Of a stretch of DNA of 64,000 nucleotides, positions 47,564 to 57,900 are shown piece after piece; positions within the stretch are counted from its first letter, which is position 1; every line of letters starts with the position of its first letter. This DNA comes from Corallochytrium limacisporum Hawaii (taxonomy: Eukaryota > Protista > Pluriformea). A program made the position numbers and the translations under genes. The notes beneath the pieces are model-generated. The model was not told where the DNA came from. It did not search any database and was given only the letters and a program-made list of their open reading frames with translations. Location of the stretch: NCBI GenBank assembly GCA_002811645.1, contig PDIP01000026.1, forward strand, positions 62,001 to 126,000, read 5' to 3'.

Positions 47564-49786
47564 TCAGGCCACAAATCCACCCGAGATCGCATCGACGAAT
47601 CGTTCGACCTTGTTGTAGTCGTCTTGACGGGCCTTCTCGGCGGCCATGATGATACTCTTGACACCAACCCAGATGTGTCCTTCAATGCGTCCTTTGATCT
47701 GTTGAGTTTCTGCTGGAGCAAAAGTGTTCATAAGCGTCAACGCCTTCTCCAGTTCGTCACTGTTGGAGATGTTGGGAACGTGAATTTCAGAGTCGAAGCA
47801 TTCGTTGATGCCAAGCTCTTTCATAACGGCCTTCTTGGACGTGGTTCCCACCACCACCAGTTTCCGTCCCTTTGGCGGCGTCTTGCGCAGGAGGGTCATA
47901 AGTGTCTGCAAGATGCCGTTTGAGAAGCGTGGTCCAATCTGTACATACTCCAACAGACGTTCAATGTCATCGACAATAATGCAACTCATCTGTGACTTGT
48001 AGGCATCGTCAAAAATCTTGGTGATCGTTTGAATCTTACCAGCCTCGCTAAATCCGACCAATTTGGCGGGTGAGATGACTTTGACGTAAGGGAAGTCGCT
48101 CAGCTGACCAAGTCGGGCTGCCAGGGCGGTCTTGCCAGACGCGGTGGGACCGTGCAGAAGAACAGACACCAACGGAGTCTTGTCACTGTTACGAGCCTGA
48201 TTCATAATGAGCTTACCGTCTTCCAGGATCTGGTCGATAGCAGGCGTCCAGGACAAAATATCGTTGAGGATATAGGTTTGCAGTTCCTCATCTTCGGCAC
48301 CGTAGGCCGGCTTCACTTCATCCAGAGCGCCCAGGAAGTCATTGCGAGTAATCTTGACCGCGCTGATGTCCACGCCTACAGATGGGTTGTAGCTATTCGC
48401 TTTGACATGGCGATTGAATGCAAAACTGGTTGCTGATTTGACAAGACCCTCAATTTCAGCACCGCTGAAGTTCTTTGTTAGTCCAGCGAGCTCATCAATG
48501 TCAACATCGCCATCCAAAACATCGTTCTGTCGCATTTTCGAAGTGTGGATCTTCAAAATCTGTATGCGACCTTTCTCATCCGGCAGAGAAATCTCCATCT
48601 GCACTTCCAGACGACCTGGGCGAATCAAGGCCTCATCAATCATATCCTTACGGTTTGTCATACCAATGACCAGAATGTTGTTCAGGGCCTCCACACCGTC
48701 AATCTTGGACAGCAGTTGGTTCACCACCGTATCGTGCACACCGCTTCCGTCACGCACACTACCACGAGCTTTGCAGATGGCATCGATCTCGTCGAAGATG
48801 ATAATGTGCAATGATGAGTGATCGCCTTTAGCCTTGTACTCCGTTTCAGCATCCACAAATAAATTGCGAATATTCTCTTCGGCTTGACCAACGTACTTGG
48901 ACAGAATTTCTGGGCCGTTCACAATCTTGGGTTCGTTCGCCTGCAACATTTTTCCGATCTGACGGGCCATCAGAGTCTTACCCGTACCTGGAGGGCCGAA
49001 AAGAAGGATACCTTTGACGTGCTGCACGCCCAACTTCTCCACAACTTCAACGGGGAAGATACGGGACGCGAAGGCACGGCGGAAAATGGCACTAAACTCG
49101 TTGTCCAGACCACCAATGCCCATTTTTTCAAAGTTCCACTCCGGGTTAATTACCTGTGCCCGCTGGCCCACCAGATTGATTAATGCCTTCTCTCCTGATG
49201 TAACATTGATGGTTGACTGTTCGGTGAGGATGCCCATCCGGGGGAACCCTCGTGCCTGCGGATCACCGCTGCTGTCGATGTTCGGCGAGCCGCTGAGCAA
49301 GTCATCTGCGCTAACCGTGTCAATTCTCTGGACGACAAACTTCAGATTATGACCTTGCACATCTGCCACAAACACTTCGCCAACAGAAAATGCGTGAGAA
49401 TGAAAGTTGCGGGTGATCAGGGTGGCAATGTCCTTGCTCATAAACTTATGGTTTGTTGCCTTAGCCTTGGTGACAAAGTCTACTTCTACACTCATGGAGT
49501 GGGCGTAGAGAGGCGCATTTACAGAATTGGGATCGAAAGCTGAGACTGTCAACTGCTCACCTAGACTAACTTCTACCCACTTGCGCTGTTGACCATTGAA
49601 AGCCAGCTGGTTTGGCTGTACCTGTTCAGAGCTGCCATAGTTCAACACGAAGCTGCCCGCATTGGTGGCAATACTAACGTACCGTACCTTATCTGAGAAT
49701 GTTCCCGGACCCGAAAAAATTTGATGGGTCAATGCCATCGTCTCGTTGGCAGATTTTGCCACCGAGAGCAATTTTGTTTCCGCCAT
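47564..49786 (-). CDS. NSF: Vesicle-fusing ATPase NSF/Sec18
   Basis: MGIGGLD.EFSAIFRRAFASR, GPPGTGKT, FDEIDAICK.RG, RPGRLEV, second Walker A GPTASGKT and IGPRFSN. First ATG at 49786. Confidence 0.98.
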   Translation of the reverse strand: MAETKLLSVAKSANETMALTHQIFSGPGTFSDKVRYVSIATNAGSFVLNYGSSEQVQPNQLAFNGQQRKWVEVSLGEQLTVSAFDPNSVNAPLYAHSMSVEVDFVTKAKATNHKFMSKDIATLITRNFHSHAFSVGEVFVADVQGHNLKFVVQRIDTVSADDLLSGSPNIDSSGDPQARGFPRMGILTEQSTINVTSGEKALINLVGQRAQVINPEWNFEKMGIGGLDNEFSAIFRRAFASRIFPVEVVEKLGVQHVKGILLFGPPGTGKTLMARQIGKMLQANEPKIVNGPEILSKYVGQAEENIRNLFVDAETEYKAKGDHSSLHIIIFDEIDAICKARGSVRDGSGVHDTVVNQLLSKIDGVEALNNILVIGMTNRKDMIDEALIRPGRLEVQMEISLPDEKGRIQILKIHTSKMRQNDVLDGDVDIDELAGLTKNFSGAEIEGLVKSATSFAFNRHVKANSYNPSVGVDISAVKITRNDFLGALDEVKPAYGAEDEELQTYILNDILSWTPAIDQILEDGKLIMNQARNSDKTPLVSVLLHGPTASGKTALAARLGQLSDFPYVKVISPAKLVGFSEAGKIQTITKIFDDAYKSQMSCIIVDDIERLLEYVQIGPRFSNGILQTLMTLLRKTPPKGRKLVVVGTTSKKAVMKELGINECFDSEIHVPNISNSDELEKALTLMNTFAPAETQQIKGRIEGHIWVGVKSIIMAAEKARQDDYNKVERFVDAISGGFVA

Positions 49787-50644
49787 GGTTGAACTATCCG
49801 AGTCTATTCCATCAGCGGCCAACGATCTTTGTTGAACTGCTATTCAAAGAGTACATCTCTCTCCACGTTCGTGTCCACAAATACCAGTCGTGTGATACGG
49901 TTAAAGCAATGACATCATCAACGCCGTCAATTTGTTCACCGCATCACCACCTGAAAACTATAATACACTTATTTCAGCAAAGAAATGAGTGCCGAAAAGT
50001 TTGGAGATCTCCCGGGGCCCTGGGGGCAAAGGCAAAACATCGGACCCGCCCGTCACCACTGCGCAACCACCGGGCATGGCGGGCAGAGTTTTACTCAAAC
50101 CGCCTCCGGCCGGTGCCCATCACAACGACCCCAAAGAAAACGAAAGGGCGACGTCGTGTGTTTCCAATATGAGTTCCAAATTGCGAGCCTGACCCATTTG
50201 ACACGCATATATTACCTATATATCGAACCCGGGTTCTCGAACAAACGACCTATCTTTGGAAACAATTTTTCTTTTTTTCCAGACTCATTCAAACCCCGCC
50301 TTCCCCCGGGGGAGTGGGGTTGCTTTTTGGGCTTCGCCACCGAGAAAAATGACGCGTTGATTGAGGTTTGATTACGTTGAGTTTTGGTTCGAATCAAACG
50401 CGGGAGGGGAACCCCAGGCGGTTGCGCCGGGGAGAAGACTCGAGACCCGCAGTCTGGTCTTGCGCACATTGCCGGCCATTCCGCTGGTCCTTCAATATGT
50501 ATACATCCCTACGAAGGGTTCAGGAAGGAGAATTCCGATACTTCAATGAGCAAACCACGAAATGGAAAAAGTTGACCATGAATGTAAGAACTGTAAGTAA
50601 AGCGTCCGCTGGGTAACCGAAGTCCAATCCTCTCCCAAGGCTCA

Positions 50645-52342
50645 ATGTCCTTCATAGACGCTTTGCCGGCGCCGAAACGTTCGGAACCAAGGGCGCAAGG
50701 ACCATTGCCTGCGAGTGTGCTACCTAAAGAAAAAGCAGAAACTTCGACGAAAGCAAAGGAAAGCTGGAAAGAGGCCGCTTCGAAAGCAGGCGGCGTTTTG
50801 CGGACTACCGATGATTTGGGTGAGCTGCGCACAGACCAATTGCTAAAGGTTCACCCCAGCGAGCTTATCAATGACAAAGCAGGACACGGCAGAATTGTCT
50901 ATTACAAACAGAGTGATACCCAGGAAAAAGACATTCCAGATCGGGCCAGCATTCCCATACCTTCGGACGCGGAGGTTGCGGACTCCTTGAAAGAAACCCA
51001 GGGGCTTCTTGACAAGCTTCTCACTGAGCGGTCAACTGCGCTGAATGCGATTTCGGCGGTCCAGAAAGTAATCAGTGACGCTACAGAAGCTTCCCATGAC
51101 GCAGTTGTGCAGTTCACTCCCGATGGACATGACGAGACTAAGGTAATTCGCATGACCAGCGCCAAGATTGATCCCATGGCGCCAGTTAAAACTGACCGTA
51201 ATGCCACGACCCTGCCCAAAACCACTATGGTTGCAGCCAAGAATTCTGTACCACTTTTACATGAGGCACATAGGAAGGTTACTAAAGAGGAGCAGGCTAC
51301 CTGGCAGGTGCCATCGTCGGTCAGCAGTTATAAGAACAAGAAGGGTATTCTAATTCCTTTGGAACAGAGGACGGCAGCTAGAAACCTAGGGGCAGACGCG
51401 GAGAGAGCGGAGCAGGCCGACCGCCGTGAGTCTGCAGCGGACCGCTTTGCTGACTTCAACGAAGCCTTGGGAGCTGCGGAGCGTCAGGCAAGGCAGGATA
51501 TTGCCATGCGGGCACAGCTGCGCAAAGAAGAACGACTTCGGGAGGAGGAAGCTCGCCAGCGAGAACTTGAACGCATTGCGCAACAGCAGACGCGGGATCG
51601 TGGACTCAACGAACAGCGAAAACAAATTCTAGAGTCCCGTCCGTCTGATGCTTCACGTGGTCGTCCTCTTAGCCTTGCTGAACGTGAGCGGTTGCGTCGC
51701 GAGGAAAGCGACACCGGGCGAGGACGTCCGCGGCTACACCACCAAAACAATGAAAGAGAACAGGATGAGGAGGAGGACGTTGATCCAGAAGTTGAGGTTG
51801 ATGACCGCGTGGCCAGAAAAGGAAATCGTCTACAAAGGGGTTTTGATCAGGATGAACATGACCTCTATGACGAGCCACTGTTTAAGGGTGGGTCTGCTGC
51901 TACACAATCGATCTATCGCCCCCGCAAGAAATCTGCGGGAAACAATGATGATGACGCCCTCGAGAGTTTGGTTCATGACCAGTCCGGAGTCGGTGCTGGC
52001 GCAACGCAGAGCAGAGGTGCCAGCGGTCCCATCGAGTTTGAACCAGCTCGGGACCACGAGCAACTGAGGGACGAGGATGAGAGTGCGAGGTACAATCCAG
52101 AGGACGGTATGTCCCGCCGTATTCGTGCTCTCAACAATATCGGAAAGCGGGGCACCATGCACGCGACGAGCAGCGGTGGCGGTGTGTTCGACGGGGCGAA
52201 ATCTAAAGATGTAGCCAGGGCAATGGGACAGTCTGGACGGACCATCGGCTTCAGTAACGCATCGTCATCATCTCATAGAGGCAGAGACGAAGATGAGGAC
52301 AGACAGTACGAACGCGATGACCGTAAACGACATAAGAGATAA
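50645..52342 (+). CDS. SNW1: SNW1/SKIP/Prp45 spliceosomal protein (divergent)
   Basis: LPAP start, DPMAP, LH...RKVTKEEQ..W.VP..VS..KN.KG..IPLE.R, LYDEPLF, SIYRP and GPIEFE blocks in SNW1 order. Confidence 0.88.
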   Translation: MSFIDALPAPKRSEPRAQGPLPASVLPKEKAETSTKAKESWKEAASKAGGVLRTTDDLGELRTDQLLKVHPSELINDKAGHGRIVYYKQSDTQEKDIPDRASIPIPSDAEVADSLKETQGLLDKLLTERSTALNAISAVQKVISDATEASHDAVVQFTPDGHDETKVIRMTSAKIDPMAPVKTDRNATTLPKTTMVAAKNSVPLLHEAHRKVTKEEQATWQVPSSVSSYKNKKGILIPLEQRTAARNLGADAERAEQADRRESAADRFADFNEALGAAERQARQDIAMRAQLRKEERLREEEARQRELERIAQQQTRDRGLNEQRKQILESRPSDASRGRPLSLAERERLRREESDTGRGRPRLHHQNNEREQDEEEDVDPEVEVDDRVARKGNRLQRGFDQDEHDLYDEPLFKGGSAATQSIYRPRKKSAGNNDDDALESLVHDQSGVGAGATQSRGASGPIEFEPARDHEQLRDEDESARYNPEDGMSRRIRALNNIGKRGTMHATSSGGGVFDGAKSKDVARAMGQSGRTIGFSNASSSSHRGRDEDEDRQYERDDRKRHKR

Positions 52343-52434
52343 ACAAAGAAATTTACATTACTGGTATTGAGAATTAGTAGTATGTCTTATTAGTGTACAG
52401 AGAACGTTGAGTTGAATGTGACGTACGATGTTCT

Positions 52435-54918
52435 TTAGAAGATGTTCATCATCTGCAATTTTTTCATGCGGGCTTCACGCTCGGCCCGCATCCGGGCCAG
52501 CTTTTCAGCCACTGGATCACCTTGCTTCAAGGGGGACACACGGGGAGCGGCGGGAGGAGCACACCCTTGGGGAGTTTGAGGCCTGCTCACGGGTTCTTCC
52601 TTCTTCGATTCCACCGGTTTGGGTTTCTCGTTAGACTCCTGAACGTCCTGCTCCCTTGTTGGTTCCTCCTCTTCCTTCGTTCGTTCTTCCTCTTCCTCGT
52701 CCTCGTCGTAATCTGTTTCATGTTCTTTCTCGTCTTCATCACTGCCAATGACAGCTGCCTCGGTTGTGGTCTCCAGGACTTCAACCTCTTGCACTGTGGT
52801 CGCTGCTTCTTCAACCGGGGTCACCGGGGTGTCAGAAACTTCAGTATCTGGCATTTCAACGGTGTCATCGTCTTCATAGGACTGTGCCTCAGGCTCCACA
52901 ATCTCCCCGTCAGTCTCCACGACTTCTTCGGGCTCAGGTTCGACAAAGTCATCGACATCGTCCGCATAGTCAACCACATCAGCAAGGGTGTCGTTGGCGG
53001 AAAATGCTTCAGTGGCTTCGGTCCCCTCCAGTTCATCATCTGTGATCATGTCCAGCAGGGCATCGACCTCATCTGTTGCGAGTTCGTCCAAGGTCTCCTC
53101 AATGCTCTTGTACTTCGCAATGTCAACCTCACTTCTCATCATCCCCAAGTTTGCTTCACCACCCAGACGCCTGTGGCAGACCTCGGCCTCGAGAATCTCA
53201 ATGTGTTCCTCATATAGTTTTCTGACTTCGTTAGCAACGTCTTTCATCTGGCCCTGCATGACTTCAATCTTGTGCTCAGCGGTCTGGCGCAGATGGGTCT
53301 CAACCTTCAGTTCTTCACTGACCTTGGCTAATCTACGCCTGTTCTCCTTCGATGCCAGTTTGAACTCCTCGTTCTCGTCCTTGGCGGACTCAAGCTGGGA
53401 CTCCAAGGCAACCCGCTCGTCGGAGACCTTAACGAGCTCGGTAAGGTTTGCCATCCACAGAGCCTGCAATTCTTTAGCCAAATCACCGGTACCTTTGGCT
53501 GCTGAAAGAGTGCTCGAAACCCGTTGGATAACATTTTCCATCTTTTCAACATTGGTCATCTCTTCAGCGCTCTTCTCAGATTCTCCCGCCTCTTCTGCCT
53601 CGTCAGCTCTTTCTGCCTCATCGTCGAATTCCTCTACTTCGACTTCCTCAACGTTGGGCTCCTCTACGTCGACTTCCTCAGCGTTGGACTCCATTCCTTC
53701 GACTTCCTCAGCGTTGGACTCCTCCACCTCGACTTCCTCAGCGTTGGACTCCATTCCTTCGACTTCCTCAGCGTTGGACTCCTCCACCTCGACTTCCTCA
53801 GCGTTGGACTCCTCTACTTCGACTTCCTCAGTCTCTACAGTGGCAGATTTAGTATCGATTGCCGGCGTCACGGTCATGGCGTCCTCATCGTGTTCCTCTT
53901 CGCCGTCATTCAATGTGTTTTCGGTTTCGATTTCTGCATGTTCAGCTTTTGGCGAGTCAGTGACCTCGAGTTCTTCTTCGTTTCCTCCCGTTAGATCAGC
54001 AGTCTCAGCTTCAACTTCTTCGCCCTTCGCCGTGTCAGCGGCGTCGAGTTCTGCTCCGTCGTCTTCCACAGCGTCAACATTCTCTAGCTCTGCTTCGTCA
54101 TCCTTAGGCATGTCATCTGCCTCAAAGTCTGCTTTATCGTCTTTCAATGTCTGACCACCCTCATTCTCCACTTCCTCGTCCTCTACCGTATCAGTAACCT
54201 TAACTTCTACTTTCTCATTTTCTACTGTATCAGAGGCCTCCACAAGTTCCAGTTCCTCATCCTCCAGATGTTCAGCAGCCTGATCTGTGGAATGCAAACC
54301 CTCAATGACCGTGGACGGCACTTCCACGATTTCAGTGCCATCATCGCCGCAGCTCTCAGTGATAGTTTCTGTAGAACCGTGGATAGAATCCACTGCGGTA
54401 TCGAGCCCTAGGTCCAAGTGGCTGCCTTGCATAGAGAGCATCGAATCCACTGCACTGTGTGTCGTTGTTTCACTAAGTACACCACCCGGTAGTTCCTTGA
54501 GCTCGGCTGCCGTATGTGTGGTAGCAGTGGTGGAAGTAGCGGAATAAAGGGCAACTGACTCAGTCCGGGGAGTCGCCTCCTGGGCGATATCCTCCAAAGG
54601 ATTGCCACCAACTTTGGTCTCTGACACTGGGAGTTCCATGCTGGAAGCACTCAGCTGACGAGCAGCCCGTAGGCTCTTGTTTGCTTCCTTCGTTCCTCGG
54701 AGTTCCTGTCTCGCAATAACTTGATCTGTAATCTGTTCTGTCTCTATCTTGAAGACCGGAGCTGCTGCTGCGGTACTCAGAGTGCGGGAACGCCCACGGG
54801 CATTGTCGATTTCACTTTTGGTGGGAGTTGGTCTCCTGCTAGACTTAGCAGAAGTTGTTCGACTAGTCGGTTTCCGGGAGAACAACCCCCCGTCTTTAAG
54901 ATCAAAGAGGCCCCTCAT
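52435..54918 (-). CDS. Highly acidic 827-aa protein with a central coiled coil and 10-aa tandem repeats; function unknown
   Basis: Long ATG-initiated ORF, E/D-rich, with a heptad-like segment (LQALWMANL...EAEV). Confidence 0.85.
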   Translation of the reverse strand: MRGLFDLKDGGLFSRKPTSRTTSAKSSRRPTPTKSEIDNARGRSRTLSTAAAAPVFKIETEQITDQVIARQELRGTKEANKSLRAARQLSASSMELPVSETKVGGNPLEDIAQEATPRTESVALYSATSTTATTHTAAELKELPGGVLSETTTHSAVDSMLSMQGSHLDLGLDTAVDSIHGSTETITESCGDDGTEIVEVPSTVIEGLHSTDQAAEHLEDEELELVEASDTVENEKVEVKVTDTVEDEEVENEGGQTLKDDKADFEADDMPKDDEAELENVDAVEDDGAELDAADTAKGEEVEAETADLTGGNEEELEVTDSPKAEHAEIETENTLNDGEEEHDEDAMTVTPAIDTKSATVETEEVEVEESNAEEVEVEESNAEEVEGMESNAEEVEVEESNAEEVEGMESNAEEVDVEEPNVEEVEVEEFDDEAERADEAEEAGESEKSAEEMTNVEKMENVIQRVSSTLSAAKGTGDLAKELQALWMANLTELVKVSDERVALESQLESAKDENEEFKLASKENRRRLAKVSEELKVETHLRQTAEHKIEVMQGQMKDVANEVRKLYEEHIEILEAEVCHRRLGGEANLGMMRSEVDIAKYKSIEETLDELATDEVDALLDMITDDELEGTEATEAFSANDTLADVVDYADDVDDFVEPEPEEVVETDGEIVEPEAQSYEDDDTVEMPDTEVSDTPVTPVEEAATTVQEVEVLETTTEAAVIGSDEDEKEHETDYDEDEEEEERTKEEEEPTREQDVQESNEKPKPVESKKEEPVSRPQTPQGCAPPAAPRVSPLKQGDPVAEKLARMRAEREARMKKLQMMNIF
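53631..53830 (-). repeat. 30-bp coding minisatellite, about 6.5 copies, encoding EEVE(V/G)(E/M)ESNA
   Basis: Repeated gacttcctcagcgttggactcc unit at 30-nt spacing. Confidence 0.95.
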
Positions 54919-57900
54919 TTTTGAGACCGTACTATCGTTTCCGTGAGCTGATTTCGGCGAATGATTGAGTTGTCCTGTATATTTCTAATTCCCAATGTTC
55001 ATGTGCTGTTATACTCTGCCATTACCCCTCAATGTGACACTGTGTACACTTGCTATACCATTGAAGCCAGAAACTTCACAAACAGTCCCGAAATGAAGGT
55101 CGATCTTTTTGGTACCTTCACTGGATGAACCTTATGTGAACAGAATTCAGGACCGTCTAAGGGCGGGTCATGACTGCGCAGTCACTGCTCCATATTGTCA
55201 CCATTTCTCACAGTGCCTATCACCAGGTTGTCTCTTTGTTTTGGAGACCCCATGAGCCGCCAAGTTCAATGAAATCGATGACAACGGAGTCCTGGTTTCT
55301 TATATTGCCCTGAAGGTGACCCTGTCTTTGTCGCCAGCCCCTCAGGGGTGAAAGACAAGCACGGCCGGCTCCGCTCGGTCCGCTCGGTCGTCATGCAGCA
55401 GAGCCGCCTACCCTTACCTTTCTATGTGAACAATTCATATATGTTCAGTATGGAAAATCAAAATCCGTACAAGAAGACCTTAGGAGCACCCCCGCACCGG
55501 TCCGAACGGTCTACCTCCCTGCCTTCCCCCTTCCCCTTCCACCCCGACCTTCTACTGCTGCAGGTGGGTCAGTGTTGAAACTGCGCAGTACTGCGAAATC
55601 TTCCTAGTATATTTTCAGTACTTAAGACCAAATCCACAAGAATGGAGACCCCTCTTCCTCACCCTCCCGAGTCTCCCATATGACCGGACGAGTAAGAAGT
55701 CTCTGATCCGGCGTGGTTTGCGTGGTTTGTGCAAAAAAAAAATGCTAATCTTCCATACGGAATATACTGTATTCTCAGTGAAGGTTACAGAGAGGGAGAC
55801 TCACAAACCTTCCCGGGGGCGGGGAGGGGGGCCTGCCAACTACTCCTTTTTTTTTTCAAGGTGCGAGCCCAAGCACGCAGCCACCCTCTGCCTATCCCGT
55901 CAGGCGCCCCTCACTCGCACTCACTCGCCCCGCTCTCTGTCAGTGTTCGCTCCTCCTTTCTTTCTCGTTTCGTGGTTATCAGTGCTTGGAGTGGCTGAAA
56001 ATGGCACGTCAGTACATTTTGTACGCGGCTGGTAGCGATAGTCTGCGATGCACCTAAGGCACATCTCGGACCGGGAGGCTTATCTGTTTTCGCGGTCCTG
56101 GCACTTCTGTGTGGGAGAATTGCCACCGCAGATGGCGGGCTGGTTGAAGGGGTTGCCGCTGGCCCCGCTCTGCTGTGTGCCACACATAGACACCTCACTG
56201 GAGGAGAACCTGCAGAACAGCAGGTGCAAGCATCCAACCAAAGCATCCAGATAAATAAGGAGACGTGTGCAGTGGCATTTGACGCATTACACTAACGCTC
56301 CGGAGGACTCTGTGTTTTGTTTGCCCTCTTGGTTACTATTTGTGATCGTGTACAGAGGACACAGCTTACTTCATCGCCTGAACGTACGAGCAGCAACAAG
56401 GTAGCAGCTCTTGCTTGCCGCTGCTCCGACCCAAACACTAACCCAGCGAATGGCAGCAGGGCGGCAACCAGGGCGCCATTTACCCGCCCTCCGGGTCTGT
56501 TTTGGTAGACCTCTGCAAACTATTAGCACAGCTGGTGCAAGGCGTAGTAGGCGTCGCCTAGGAGACTTTAAATATTTGTGCCATTAAGGATTTTGATTGC
56601 TTTCATGAAGATAATGTAACCGATATATGCAAATTGATTCAAAAAGAAAAAGTGGTATCTTTGCATAGCAAACAGGTGTTGATTTGATAAATTGATTCTA
56701 TTCCGCTTCCTGTTGGCCGCATGCGAATTTCCACCCCAATGCAGCAGAAGCACTCCTGTCCAAAAAACAGTGACTTTGTCAGTCCACAGACAGTACAAAA
56801 CAACCAGTTGCAACATCTTCTAACAACATCCACACCGCATCAGGCCGCAGGACCACACCGCCTCTTCCGTGTGGAAGAACGGCAATGTGGCCCCCTAATC
56901 ATGCTGACACATAAGATTCCAAATCACTACTTGCAGTGCTCTGGGGAGTCTTTGTTCGTCATCTCTGACTTGATTTTTCAGAAACACATCTCCACTTGTG
57001 TTGGTATAGTAAATCACAGCATCCAGTGTGCGCTATAAGCCGCAGCCAAGCAGATACCTCCAAAGTCAGAGCATCAGTATAAGAATCGCCACCTTAGCTC
57101 AGTTCATTCACGAACAAACAACAACAAATATGTCTCACACGCGGAACAACCACATGCCACGGAAGAAGGAATAAGGATGCAGAGTCACACAGTGGCCATG
57201 GCCTGTCTGGGCTGCAGCGCCAAGATCGGAAACCTTTCGCGGGGCTTGTGCATGTGTGATGCATGGCCGCTCTTGCGGTTGATTCTCCCCTCCCCCTTCT
57301 TTCGTCCTCATCATTGATTTTCTCTCCGGCCCCGCTCAGAATTTCCCTAGGGCTCAGAATAGAAATGAAGGGAACAGTGTGCAGAATTATTGGACGCAGC
57401 GGCCGGGGGAGCTCGTACTGCTCCCAAAATTTTTTGTGCGGAATGATCAACCGAAGGGAACTCGGAGGAAAATCAACCGCGAGGGCTTGACAGATAGGTC
57501 CCACCTATACGACTATTTCATTATACTTCGATGTCCAGTAAAATTATATATATTATATACTAATATTTATCCAGTTAGTGTGGAATACCTATATAGAGTT
57601 TAATATACACAAAATTTGTGAGATTGCATAATGAATCCATCGACTCCCTCCTGCGCAGTCCCGGCTCCGAGGGTGTGAGCTCTTTGCGGAGTTCCAGGCC
57701 TGGGCAGTTAACATCTCGGGGTTGTTTTGGCATAGATACTTCGGTACTCGCATAGTTTAGAAACAAATGCAATACATTTAATATAGTACAGTCACTTCAA
57801 TTGCTCCGAATCTCTCACATGGACCTATTAAATTGGTTTGCTTTTCTTTTTCACCCCTGCGGCGGGTACTTCCGCCTCGAGACCCACGACGGTATCTCCG

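Noticed and set aside
52988-54154. 388-aa Ser-rich plus-strand ORF (also 33803-34783, 33916-34674, 32494-33282, 59836-60210 and 62573-63301)
   Set aside because: Antisense or alternative-frame shadows of real, compositionally biased genes.
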